Shown: piece by piece, positions 1-8,958 of the stretch
Position numbering within the stretch: position 1 is the stretch's first letter
Layout of the letters: each line of letters begins with the position of its first letter
Program-made: the position numbers and the translations under genes
Source of the DNA: an uncultured virus (IMG/VR IMGVR_UViG_3300006141_000006)
Lineage: Duplodnaviria; Heunggongvirae; Uroviricota; Caudoviricetes
IMG/VR virus record: IMGVR_UViG_3300006141_000006
Strand: one strand, 5' to 3'
DNA length: 64,000 bases
The notes under the pieces: generated by a model
What the model was told of the DNA's origin: nothing
What the model saw: the letters and a program-made list of their open reading frames with translations, nothing else
Databases searched by the model: none

Positions 1-82
1 CTGGCATGACACCAAGTTTGTTGCCCAGGGTCAGGCAGAGGCAGCATGGAATAAGCGACCGGGCCGGAGGGAAACGTTGTGA
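1..82 (+). CDS. 3' end of Lar-family restriction alleviation protein (partial)
   Basis: Frame 2 reads WHDTKFVAQGQAEAAWNKRPGRRETL*, same as the C-terminus of 43078-43296. Confidence 0.75.
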   Translation, partial: WHDTKFVAQGQAEAAWNKRPGRRETL

Positions 83-210
83 AGTACTGCTGCAATGAAT
101 GCAAAAACAAGGACTGCCCGGTCAACTACAAAAACGCGCCAAAGGGCGAACGGATTGAATTTGCCGCCCTTTGTGGCTCGAAACAATGCACGGGCTACAA
201 GCGCCCGTGA
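79..210 (+). CDS. Small Cys-rich hypothetical protein (43 aa)
   Basis: GTG overlapping the upstream TGA; MKYCCNECKNKDCP...; frame conserved in the copy at 43293-43424 despite substitutions. Confidence 0.65.
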   Translation: MKYCCNECKNKDCPVNYKNAPKGERIEFAALCGSKQCTGYKRP

Positions 211-228
211 GTCGATGGAGGAATCATC

Positions 229-774
229 ATGAGTTTATCAATCGATCTGCCCCAAACCTACACATTTTCCCTTTGCATCGACCGGGGAGGACACACCATT
301 GTTGACACAACGGTCGAAGTGCCGGACACCAGAGAGGGAATCGCCAGAGCAAAGAGGACCATCCAGCGTCTGATGAACGAATACGCCCCAATCCCCAAGA
401 CCCCGGAGCTGGTGGGACTGGACCTGGAGAGCCAGACCCCCACCGACCCGCCGCCGGCAGCGGAGACCGTACCTACCCCGCCCCCGGAGAAAAAGCCGGA
501 AGGGGCGCGGGGACTGCTTCGCCTCCACTGCCCGGAGTGCGGGAGCACCTTCGGGACATTCCTGCGGGAGTACCAAACGGAGATAGCGTGTAAGTGCGGC
601 CATCACATCGACCTCACGGGCCAGCTTGGTCGGTACCACGCCGTCTGCCCGTATTGCCAGCATGAGATCTGGGGCAAGACCAACAGCGAGGAACCAGTGG
701 TTGAAGTTCAGTGCAAGTGCAAAGAGATGATTCGGCTTCAGTGGGTACCGGAAGCCAGAGAATATCAGAACTGA
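229..774 (+). CDS. Hypothetical phage protein with Pro-rich linker and C-terminal Zn-ribbon repeats
   Basis: GGAGG RBS; CPEC, CKCG, CPYC, CKCK motifs. Confidence 0.75.
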   Translation: MSLSIDLPQTYTFSLCIDRGGHTIVDTTVEVPDTREGIARAKRTIQRLMNEYAPIPKTPELVGLDLESQTPTDPPPAAETVPTPPPEKKPEGARGLLRLHCPECGSTFGTFLREYQTEIACKCGHHIDLTGQLGRYHAVCPYCQHEIWGKTNSEEPVVEVQCKCKEMIRLQWVPEAREYQN

Positions 775-789
775 AGAAAGGCGAGGAGG

Positions 790-1071
790 TTGCCCAGAAT
801 GCCTAAGAAATACATCGACAGCCGCGGTTGGAAGTACCAGGTCATGCCTGGCCTTGGTGAGAACACCTTTAAGGCCCGGTACCAGCGGCCGGAGAAACAG
901 GGTGATGTCGGCTGGAAGGGGGTGGCCGCCGTCCCGTGGCGCGGAAGCCGTGAGGAAGCCCAGACCGACCTTGACCAGCTGGCCGAGAAGGACGGGATGC
1001 TGGTGGTGCTACCGCCCAACGCCCCTCTGCCCCTGGAGGATCTGCGGGAGATGGGAGGAAAATCCTATTAG
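790..1071 (+). CDS. Hypothetical phage early protein
   Basis: GAGGAGG RBS, co-oriented ORF. Confidence 0.65.
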   Translation: MPRMPKKYIDSRGWKYQVMPGLGENTFKARYQRPEKQGDVGWKGVAAVPWRGSREEAQTDLDQLAEKDGMLVVLPPNAPLPLEDLREMGGKSY

Positions 1072-1207
1072 CATGTTGGACTGCAAGAGGATAGTCCGCC
1101 GCCGCACTGGAATGTTCTTGACCCGTTCTATGCACAACATATCGAGGATTACGGATACGGGAAGCGGTGGCTGGCGTATCGCTATGAGCTGGAGGGAGGG
1201 GGAGGCT

Positions 1208-1660
1208 GTGGAGATTAAAACCTACCCGGAGATGAACAAAACCATCAAGGACTTGCTCAGGCGCAGCGAGGAGCCGATGAACCTTTACATCCTGGCCCGG
1301 ATTGAGGAACTGGAAAAGCAACTGGCGGAGGCCGTGGAAGACATCTGGAGGTATTCGACCGGGAACACTTGCCGCTCCTGCATCGAGTGGAAGGAGGGGC
1401 GGTGCTCCAGGCCGGGGCCGAAAGACTGCGGGGGTTATTCCTGGTGGAAGTGGAGGGGGTTCGGTGAAGATGATCCCCCGAGGGATCCCCGGAGCCGTTT
1501 CGAGCGGCTCAAGGCGTGCAGGACACCCACGGACATGGTACTGCTGCTGAATGGGAATGAGCGGCGGTTTTGTCCGAAAGCATACGGGGCCAAGCCTGAC
1601 AAGTGCGAGGAACCCTGTGGACGGTGCATTGTTCAATGGCTGGAGGAGATAGCGCAATGA
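1208..1660 (+). CDS. Hypothetical Cys-rich phage protein
   Basis: GTG after GGAGG; stop overlaps the next start (ATGA). Confidence 0.6.
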   Translation: MEIKTYPEMNKTIKDLLRRSEEPMNLYILARIEELEKQLAEAVEDIWRYSTGNTCRSCIEWKEGRCSRPGPKDCGGYSWWKWRGFGEDDPPRDPRSRFERLKACRTPTDMVLLLNGNERRFCPKAYGAKPDKCEEPCGRCIVQWLEEIAQ

Positions 1661-2097
1661 ACTGGAAACGAGAGGCAGTCGATAAGCTGAAAAACTATGA
1701 GGCCCACAAGCAAGCTCTGGAATGCCTGCCCAAAGAGATCAAGCGGTTGGAGAGTGCCTATACTGGCATTCGTAGCGCCACTACCGACGGCACGCCTGTT
1801 TCTGGCGGCGGCAACACTCGGGAGGACTCCATGCTCTCCAACATTGTTCACCGGGACGAGTTGAAGCGGCGGCTGAAGGAGGCCCGTCTGTGGGTGGCCC
1901 AGGTTGACAAGGCCCTGGCCGTCCTGGATGACGAGGAAAGGCTTGTTTTAGACCGGTTTTACATCCATCGGGCAAAGGGGGCTGTCGAGGCCTTGTGCGA
2001 GATCCTGGGCCTGGAGAAAAGCGCCGTCTATGACAGGCGGGACAAGGCTTTGCGGCATTTCACCCTGGCCCTTTATGGGGTCACTGAGACGGAGTAA
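1657..2097 (+). CDS. ArpU/RinA-like late transcriptional activator
   Basis: Coiled N-terminus plus sigma-4-like HTH (LDDEERLVLDRFY...SAVYDRRDKAL); immediately upstream of terminase genes. Confidence 0.8.
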   Translation: MNWKREAVDKLKNYEAHKQALECLPKEIKRLESAYTGIRSATTDGTPVSGGGNTREDSMLSNIVHRDELKRRLKEARLWVAQVDKALAVLDDEERLVLDRFYIHRAKGAVEALCEILGLEKSAVYDRRDKALRHFTLALYGVTETE

Positions 2098-2192
2098 AAA
2101 AGTCCGGAAAAAAACCGGGCGATTTTTCCGAAAGACCGTGGTACAATGCTATCATACGAAATGCGCCACCGGGCAACCGGGGCGCATTTTTG
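2098..2192 (+). promoter_or_regulatory. Putative late promoter region of phage A (activator site, extended -10, leader hairpin)
   Basis: CCGGAAAAAAACCGG/TTTTTCCG repeats; TGgTACAAT at 2139-2147; hairpin AAATGCGCC...GGCGCATTTTT at 2159-2191. Confidence 0.55.
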
Positions 2193-2224
2193 ATGTTTTG
2201 ATTTTCGAGAAGGATGGTGAAATT

Positions 2225-2683
2225 ATGGGTGCAGCAGGCAGACCCCGCAGGTTCAAAAGCGAAAAAGCCCTAAGTGCGGCGTGGGATGAGTACAAGGCCT
2301 GGTGCGGTGACCAAAAGGTGCTGACCCACGATTTCAGCGCGAAAAATTCCCAGTTTGTCTCCGCGGAGCTGAGACGCAGCGTGACCTATACCATCGAGGG
2401 CTTCTGCATGTGGGCGGGGCTGGCCCGGTCCGCGTTCTATGAGACCTGCGGCAAACAGTATCCGGACACCGTCACGCGCATGAAGGAAGAGTGCGAGGTG
2501 GATGCCCGGATGAAGTTTGAACTGGGGATCATCGACACCCGCCTGGCGCCTCTGTGGATGAGCAAGTATGGGTACAGTACCAAGACCGAAGCTGTCCCAA
2601 CACAGGGGCAGGAGGATGACCCCATCACCAAGAGCCTGAAGGAGACGGCAAATGTTTTCGGAAAAGCAAATAAAAATTCTTGA
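2225..2683 (+). CDS. Terminase small subunit (DNA-packaging protein)
   Basis: GRPRRFKS N-terminus, YTIEGFC HTH; precedes TerL. Confidence 0.8.
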   Translation: MGAAGRPRRFKSEKALSAAWDEYKAWCGDQKVLTHDFSAKNSQFVSAELRRSVTYTIEGFCMWAGLARSAFYETCGKQYPDTVTRMKEECEVDARMKFELGIIDTRLAPLWMSKYGYSTKTEAVPTQGQEDDPITKSLKETANVFGKANKNS

Positions 2684-3902
2684 ATGGCCTTACACAGGAA
2701 AGCGGGCGCTGATCTGTGACGGTGCGGTCCGTTCCGGCAAGACCTCCGTCATGTCTCTGTCTTTCATTCTGTGGGCCATGGGGAACTTTGACAAGTGCAG
2801 CTTTGGCCTTTGCGGAAAGACGGTAGGCAGCGCTGAGCGGAACATCATCCAGCCGCTGTTGGGCGTCTCCTACCTTCAGGAGCAGTTCTCGTTGGAGTAC
2901 ACCCGCTCCGGCCATGTGCTGACCGTTACACGGGGACTGCGTTCCAACCAATTTTACGTGTTCGGAGGCCGGGATGAATCGTCCTATATGCTCATCCAGG
3001 GCGTCACCCTGGCGGGGGTCCTGCTGGACGAGGTGGCTTTGATGCCTCGGTCCTTTGTGGAGCAGGCCCTGGCCCGGTGCAGCGTGGCGGGGGCAAAGCT
3101 GTGGTTCAACTGCAACCCGGATGTGCCAGAACACTGGTTTCGAAAGGAGTGGCTGCTGAAACTCCGGGAGAAGGACGCCACCCACCTGCATTTTACCATG
3201 AACGACAATCCAAGCCTGTCGGAGGAGACACGGGCCATGTACCGCGGCATGTATGCCGGAGTGTTCAAGCGCCGGTACATTGATGGTGAGTGGACGGCGG
3301 GGGATGGGCTGATCTACGACATGTTTGACCCTGATGCCAACAGCTACGACGACCTCACTCGCCCCAAGGGCCTGCCCTACATCGCTGCCCGCACCATTGC
3401 CATCGACTACGGGACGGCGAACCCCACCGTGTTCCTGGACATCTACGACGATGGTGAGACGGTCTGGGTGGACCGGGAGTACCGCTGGGACAGCCGTGAT
3501 GTGGATACGACCGGCCTACGACAGAAGACGGATTGGGAATATGCCGACGATTTGGCTGTGTTCATGGGAACAGATCCGCAGTTCCTGTGCCCCGTGATTG
3601 TAGATCCATCCGCCGCCAGCTTCATCGCCGAGCTGCAGCGCCGGGGGATGTACGTCATCCGGGGTGACAACGATGTGCCGAACGGCATCCGGCGGGTCGC
3701 CCAGCTGTTGAGCCGGCGGGTGTTGATGATCCACCGCCAGTGTCAGGGGCTGATCGGCGAACTGCAAAGCTATGTCTGGGACAGTAAGGCGGCCCAAATG
3801 GGAGTGGAAAAGCCAGTGAAGAGCTTGGACCACGGGCCGGATGCCCTGCGCTACTACGTTAACACGGTCCTGCCCAAGTGGCGGTACGGAGAGGAGGGAT
3901 AA
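2652..3902 (+). CDS. terL: Terminase large subunit, PBSX family
   Basis: Walker A GAVRSGKT, Walker B LLDE, nuclease motifs IDYG and DHGPDALRY. Confidence 0.95.
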   Translation: MFSEKQIKILEWPYTGKRALICDGAVRSGKTSVMSLSFILWAMGNFDKCSFGLCGKTVGSAERNIIQPLLGVSYLQEQFSLEYTRSGHVLTVTRGLRSNQFYVFGGRDESSYMLIQGVTLAGVLLDEVALMPRSFVEQALARCSVAGAKLWFNCNPDVPEHWFRKEWLLKLREKDATHLHFTMNDNPSLSEETRAMYRGMYAGVFKRRYIDGEWTAGDGLIYDMFDPDANSYDDLTRPKGLPYIAARTIAIDYGTANPTVFLDIYDDGETVWVDREYRWDSRDVDTTGLRQKTDWEYADDLAVFMGTDPQFLCPVIVDPSAASFIAELQRRGMYVIRGDNDVPNGIRRVAQLLSRRVLMIHRQCQGLIGELQSYVWDSKAAQMGVEKPVKSLDHGPDALRYYVNTVLPKWRYGEEG

Positions 3903-3903
3903 C

Positions 3904-5658
3904 ATGAGTAAGCGGAGAAGAAAGCCTGCCCCGGTGCCGGAGCCGGTCCGGACAGGAGACGCCTTTTCCAACCCGCTTTTCCGGCTGGGGTACGGCTCCC
4001 AGTCCCCCTTGGAGGCCACGGATTACCCTCTGACCAGGATGACGGACAACTATGCCCTGCTTAACTCCCTCTATCGGGACAACTGGGTGGTCCAAAATGT
4101 CGTTGGAATCATACCCGATGACATGACCAAGAAGTGGTTTACCCTGGGCGGAGTTGGTCCGGACCACCTGCGGCAGCTGGAGCAGGCCCAGCGGCGTACG
4201 GCCCTCCGGGACCGAGTGAACACCGGCCTCAAGTGGGGGCGGCTGTACGGCGGTGCGGCGGGGATCCTCCTCATCCGGGGCCAGGAGGACCGGCTGGACC
4301 GCCCCCTGGACCTGGAGCTGGTGCTGCCTGGAACCTTTGCCGGCATCTACATCGTGGACCGCTGGAGCGGCATCACCCCGGAGACGGAGCTGGTGGATGA
4401 CCTGTCGGACCCGGACTTCGGGCTCCCGGCCTATTACCAGGTCAACAGCCCCGAGGGGGGTATCGTCGCCCGGGTCCACCACTCCAGGGTACTCCGGTTC
4501 ACGGGCCGGGAGCTGCCCTACCTGGAGAAGCTGGCGGAGATGTATTGGGGTGAGAGCGAGGTTGAGGCCCTCTATCAGGACGTGGTCAAACATGACAACG
4601 TCTCCGCCAACATGGCGGCCCTCACCTTCCGGGCCAATATTGACACCATGGAGGTCGAGAGCCTGGACCAGCTCTTTTCCGTCTCCTCCGGGGCCCAGCA
4701 GAGGCGATTCTGGAACGTCATGCAGGCCCAGAGCGTGCTGCGCTCCAACTTCGGGATGCAGCTGGTGAACAAGGGCGACCAGATCAACAACACGCAGTAC
4801 ACGTTTACCGGCCTCCAGGAGGTCTATGACAGTATGTGCCACGACCTGTCCGGCGCGTCCCGGATCCCGGTGACCAAGCTCTTCGGACGGTCCCCGGCGG
4901 GGATGAATTCCACTGGGGAGAGCGACCTGCGCAACTACTACGACTACGTGGACACCCTCCGGGAGAATGTGCTGAGGCCTATTCTGGAGCGCATCCTTCC
5001 GGTACTGTGTATGTCGGCCTGGGGCGCGGTGCCAGAGGACCTGGATATCATCTTTCCGCCCCTCTGGATGCCTACGCCCAGGGAGCTGGCGGAGATTGCG
5101 GAGAAAAAGGCCCTTGCCATACGGGATATCTTTCAGGCAGGACTGCTGGCGGTGGACACGGCTCAAAGGGAACTCAAGAAGCTCTCCGACGAGGTCGGAC
5201 TGTTCGGCAGCATCTCCGACGAGGAGATCGAGGCCAACGCCGGCAAGACGTACCAGGATGTGACAAGTTTATACGATTCTCTGGCCGGATTGACTCTGCC
5301 GCCCAGTATCGGCGGGGATGATTTAGAGGAGGACGACGGCCCTTTTGAGCAGGCGACCGGGGACGCGCTGGCGCTGGATTTCAATCCGCACCACGATCCT
5401 GCGTCCGGCCGCTTTACTAGCGGCGGCGGCGGTGGTACAATGGGAAAGACCAAGTACGCGCCATCGCCGCAGAGGAATAAGTCCGGCATCCAGCTCAAGC
5501 CGAAAACATATGCAAGACTGTGCGGCATATTGGGCACGAGATACCCCGGATTGGAAGCCGGGGAGGTCAGAACAATACGGAATGCTCAAAAGCAGTATAC
5601 AGTGAAAGCAGACGGATATGGCGGTATGGAGGTCATAAGTATCCAAAATATCAAATAG
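3904..5658 (+). CDS. Portal protein (DUF1073-like) with acidic linker and ~90-aa basic C-terminal extension
   Basis: Position after TerL; WGRLYGG and PAGMNSTGESDLRNYYD motifs typical of this portal family. Confidence 0.88.
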   Translation: MSKRRRKPAPVPEPVRTGDAFSNPLFRLGYGSQSPLEATDYPLTRMTDNYALLNSLYRDNWVVQNVVGIIPDDMTKKWFTLGGVGPDHLRQLEQAQRRTALRDRVNTGLKWGRLYGGAAGILLIRGQEDRLDRPLDLELVLPGTFAGIYIVDRWSGITPETELVDDLSDPDFGLPAYYQVNSPEGGIVARVHHSRVLRFTGRELPYLEKLAEMYWGESEVEALYQDVVKHDNVSANMAALTFRANIDTMEVESLDQLFSVSSGAQQRRFWNVMQAQSVLRSNFGMQLVNKGDQINNTQYTFTGLQEVYDSMCHDLSGASRIPVTKLFGRSPAGMNSTGESDLRNYYDYVDTLRENVLRPILERILPVLCMSAWGAVPEDLDIIFPPLWMPTPRELAEIAEKKALAIRDIFQAGLLAVDTAQRELKKLSDEVGLFGSISDEEIEANAGKTYQDVTSLYDSLAGLTLPPSIGGDDLEEDDGPFEQATGDALALDFNPHHDPASGRFTSGGGGGTMGKTKYAPSPQRNKSGIQLKPKTYARLCGILGTRYPGLEAGEVRTIRNAQKQYTVKADGYGGMEVISIQNIK

Positions 5659-5670
5659 GAGACATTCAGA

Positions 5671-5919
5671 ATGGAAGAAAAACTGCGCAAGTTTCTGGAA
5701 CCGTATATCGGGCAAGGCGAACTTAAAAAGGACAAGGTTCAGCAAGATGACGTGGATATGTTGATATGCTCTGCTGTGTACGACCATATTGAGCAGGAGA
5801 TTATTAACTACGGAACGGCCCACCCAGAAGCGCCGTTCTGGGATTTTCTGAATTTCATCAAGCCTGGGCTAAAGGGTGTCACACAGGAAGAGCTTCTGAC
5901 GGACGAGGACGACGAATAA
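5671..5919 (+). CDS. Small acidic protein, candidate immunity partner of the portal extension
   Basis: AGGAG RBS, 82 aa, D/E-rich, lower GC, directly after the portal extension. Confidence 0.6.
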   Translation: MEEKLRKFLEPYIGQGELKKDKVQQDDVDMLICSAVYDHIEQEIINYGTAHPEAPFWDFLNFIKPGLKGVTQEELLTDEDDE

Positions 5920-6000
5920 CCCAATAAAAGGAAGATGCAATCGCCGCCCGTAAGCAAGCCGAAATCAAGTATTTTGGCGAGTATCACAGAAAAAATTAAC

Positions 6001-6038
6001 AATCCCCCACTATCTCGATATGAGGTGGCGGGGGATTC
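6001..6038 (+). terminator. Stem-loop after the acidic ORF
   Basis: AATCCCC-CAC...GTG-GCGGGGATT pairing; weak U tract. Confidence 0.45.
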
Positions 6039-6061
6039 TCTATAGAACAGGAGGCGGTGCA

Positions 6062-7219
6062 ATGCCATCATTGAAACGGGTATCTGAATCAAAAGAATTA
6101 CAACGGCTGATCGCCGCGTTTCTCAAGGCAGAGACAGATATCATCAACGAGATTGCCCGTCTGCGGGCAGGCGGGCTGGTGGACTATCACGCGGAGGCGG
6201 CACTGGAGCGGGTCCAGACCATCCTCCACAGGTTAGAATACGAATCCTGGACCTACGTCCCCCGGATGATTGAACGTCAGTTCTACATCAAGCACCCAGG
6301 GGCCCGGAAGCGCCTGGATATCCCGGAGACGGCGGAGAAGCACATTTCTGGTTACGTCAATGCAGCGGTCCTCACCGGCGAGCAGATGGACATCGTCCAA
6401 CGTTTGACCATGAATCTCATGGGCGAGATAGACGCCGCTGCCGCCACGGTGACGGCCACCCTGCAAAACGCCCTAGTAGGCCGTATCGAGCCGGACGTGT
6501 TCCGGCGGGCAGGCCTGGAGCAGGTCCTGGCTCTGGAGGCTGCGGGCCGGGGGGTATATAAGGAACTCCCGAAGTTTGTAGAGGTCCTTCGGCGGGAGGG
6601 CGTCACCGCCTTTATCGACAAAGCGGGGCGCCACTGGAGCCTCCACACATACGGCAGCATGGTTCTCCGCACCACCAGCCGCCAGGCAGAGGTGCTGTCC
6701 GTACTCACCCGGGACCCGGAGCAGGACCTGTACAAAATCAGCAGCCACAACACCACCTGCCGGCGCTGCGCCCCTCTGGAGGGCCGGGTCTACTCCAGGA
6801 GCGGCACGGACCCGGACTTCCCACCCTTGGCAGCGGCGTTCGGGAAGGTGGACCCGACGGGGCCGGACACGCTGCTCAACTCCTGGCTGAACATCCATCC
6901 GAACTGCCTCCACGCCCTCATCGCCTGGACTCCGGCGGGGCGGAGCGAGGAGGAACTGCGGAAGATCAAGAAGTTCTCCAGCTTCAAGACTAACCCACCC
7001 ACCCGGGATCCCCGGACAGAAAAGCAGATTGAGGCCTACCGCCTGAAGGAGCGGGGGCGGGCCCAGTGGCTGGCGGACTACCGGCAGTGGGAGCGGTACC
7101 GCCTGACCATCCCGGACGATACGCCCAGGACCTTCGGAACGTTTCAGCGCCACAAGCAGGCGGATGATGATAAGTACAAGCACTGGGAGAAGCTTTACAG
7201 GGAGGCGAATCACGCGTGA
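6062..7219 (+). CDS. Minor capsid / head morphogenesis protein (MuF-related, minor capsid 2 type)
   Basis: CRRCAPLEGRVYS and IHPNCLH motifs; head-module position. Confidence 0.85.
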   Translation: MPSLKRVSESKELQRLIAAFLKAETDIINEIARLRAGGLVDYHAEAALERVQTILHRLEYESWTYVPRMIERQFYIKHPGARKRLDIPETAEKHISGYVNAAVLTGEQMDIVQRLTMNLMGEIDAAAATVTATLQNALVGRIEPDVFRRAGLEQVLALEAAGRGVYKELPKFVEVLRREGVTAFIDKAGRHWSLHTYGSMVLRTTSRQAEVLSVLTRDPEQDLYKISSHNTTCRRCAPLEGRVYSRSGTDPDFPPLAAAFGKVDPTGPDTLLNSWLNIHPNCLHALIAWTPAGRSEEELRKIKKFSSFKTNPPTRDPRTEKQIEAYRLKERGRAQWLADYRQWERYRLTIPDDTPRTFGTFQRHKQADDDKYKHWEKLYREANHA

Positions 7220-8430
7220 TTTTTTACTACGGCACTCAGCTCAGCCCCCATATGGATAAGACCCCGGAGGGCTATCTCATCTGCCGGGACGTGCCCATTG
7301 CCCGGACCGGCTCCCAGGAGTATCTGGCTCGGGAATTACAGCTTGACGGCGACCCGGAGCGGGTGGTCACCGTCAACCGCTATCCGGAGGATGTCTTTGA
7401 GCCGGCGGCCCTGGCCTCCTTCGAGGGCAAGGATATCACCCAGGGCCATCCCCCGGAGGACGTGGGGCCGGAGAACTTCGCCAGCTACTCCAAAGGCCAC
7501 ATCCAGAACGTCCGGCGGTCCGGAGATTACATCGTGGCTGACCTCATCCTAAAGGACGCCAACCTGGTGTCTGACGTGTGGAATGGGGTAACCCGAGAGG
7601 TCTCCTGCGGGTACCTGTGTGAGTATGTTCCGGACGGGAGCGGCTATAAGCAGCAGCACATCAGAGGCAATCACGTGGCGGTGGTCCCTAGAGGCCGTGC
7701 CGGCCACGAGGTAGCAATAAAAGACGCCGCCAAAACGGCGGAGAAAGGCAGGAAAACCATGAGCAAATTTACGGAAGCCATCCTCAACGCCTTCGGAATG
7801 GCGGTGCAGGAGGCGGAGACCCCGGAGGAGGTCCAGGGCCTGGCAGCCACGGCGGCAAAGGCACTGGATGCGGCTCCGGCTGAAAGCAAGGAGACGGACC
7901 CCCAGCCTGCTGGCGACCAGTCCTGTGGCACCGGCGACGTGATGGTCGAGCGGGCCCCCAAGGGCGATGACCTGGGCAGTAAGCTGGACAGGCTCATCGA
8001 GATGATGGAATCTCTCCAGCACAAGAACGACCGGGAGGAGAAGGCCCTCCGGGACGAGGAGGACCTGGACGACCTTATTGAGAAGCTGGCCGGCACAGCC
8101 CCCGTGGAGAAGGAGGCCTCCGTCACCATCCCGGCGGACGAGATGGCGGACATGTCTCCGGCGGCCAAGGACGCTGCGGTGGCGCTGCTCAAGCAGGTCC
8201 GCCCTGCGGTGGCAGCGATCAAGGACGAGACGGAGCGCTCCCGGGTGGTGGACGCCCTTCTCTCCACCATCCAGGGGCCCAACGTTATGGGCCAGGTCAT
8301 GGAGGCCACAGCGGCAAATGCCAGGAAGGCGGCGGATTCCGCTAAGACCAGTACCTTCGAGGACCGGTGCCGGGAGTCGGAGGCGGCCTATGCCGCCCGG
8401 AACCCCCACAAGAAACAGAAGGAGGATTAA
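7216..8430 (+). CDS. Prohead protease-scaffold (DUF2213-like)
   Basis: TPEGYL...PIARTG, EVSCGY, NHVAVVPRGRAG motifs; acidic helical C-terminal half. Confidence 0.85.
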   Translation: MIFYYGTQLSPHMDKTPEGYLICRDVPIARTGSQEYLARELQLDGDPERVVTVNRYPEDVFEPAALASFEGKDITQGHPPEDVGPENFASYSKGHIQNVRRSGDYIVADLILKDANLVSDVWNGVTREVSCGYLCEYVPDGSGYKQQHIRGNHVAVVPRGRAGHEVAIKDAAKTAEKGRKTMSKFTEAILNAFGMAVQEAETPEEVQGLAATAAKALDAAPAESKETDPQPAGDQSCGTGDVMVERAPKGDDLGSKLDRLIEMMESLQHKNDREEKALRDEEDLDDLIEKLAGTAPVEKEASVTIPADEMADMSPAAKDAAVALLKQVRPAVAAIKDETERSRVVDALLSTIQGPNVMGQVMEATAANARKAADSAKTSTFEDRCRESEAAYAARNPHKKQKED

Positions 8431-8433
8431 CCT

Positions 8434-8946
8434 ATGTACGGACTGACACCTCAGAATATCGGCAAGGTAATGAACCACGGCTACGCCGGCAGCTATGCCC
8501 GGCAGCCGGACATGATCGCCAACACCCACCCCGCAGGGGCGGACCTGCCCTTCGGCGCGGCGCTCCAGTACGACGCCAACGGCGCGGTGGTACCCATGGG
8601 CGCTGGGAGTACGGCCCAGGACTTCGTGGGCGTAGCCTCCCGGGAGGTCAAAAGCGCCCTGAGCTACCTGGAGCAGGATATCGGGGCCTACGCCAAGACC
8701 GAGGCGGTTCCCGTGTTCATGCGCGGGGCTATCAACGTCAAGTGCAATGTGGGGGCTCCCAAGCTGGGCGGCGAGGTCTATGTCCGCATTGCGGCCAACG
8801 AGAGTATCCCCACCGGCGTGGTGGGCGGCTTCGAGGCGGCGGCGGACGGCGGGAACACCGTGGAGCTGACCAACTGCCAGTGGGCCGGTCCCGCAGATGC
8901 CAATGGCATCGCCGAGCTGCGCATCCTGACCATGAATAAGGCGTAA
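8434..8946 (+). CDS. Head decoration/cement protein
   Basis: Between scaffold and capsid, 170 aa, beta-rich. Confidence 0.75.
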   Translation: MYGLTPQNIGKVMNHGYAGSYARQPDMIANTHPAGADLPFGAALQYDANGAVVPMGAGSTAQDFVGVASREVKSALSYLEQDIGAYAKTEAVPVFMRGAINVKCNVGAPKLGGEVYVRIAANESIPTGVVGGFEAAADGGNTVELTNCQWAGPADANGIAELRILTMNKA

Positions 8947-8958
8947 GGAGGAGAGAAC

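Larger units (their letters stand above)
1..211 (+). repeat. Direct repeat copy 1 (homologous to 43215-43425), truncated by window start
   Basis: Offset 43214; about 16 mismatches in 211 nt by manual count, first 77 nt identical. Confidence 0.97.

Noticed and set aside
1..211. Exact terminal redundancy or assembly overlap of a single circular genome
   Set aside because: The copies differ at about 16 positions and a different late module follows the second copy.
6001..6038. Long-range antiterminator partner for the phage A hairpin that resembles the 59977-60019 terminator
   Set aside because: No convincing upstream complement or boxA-like motif found by eye.
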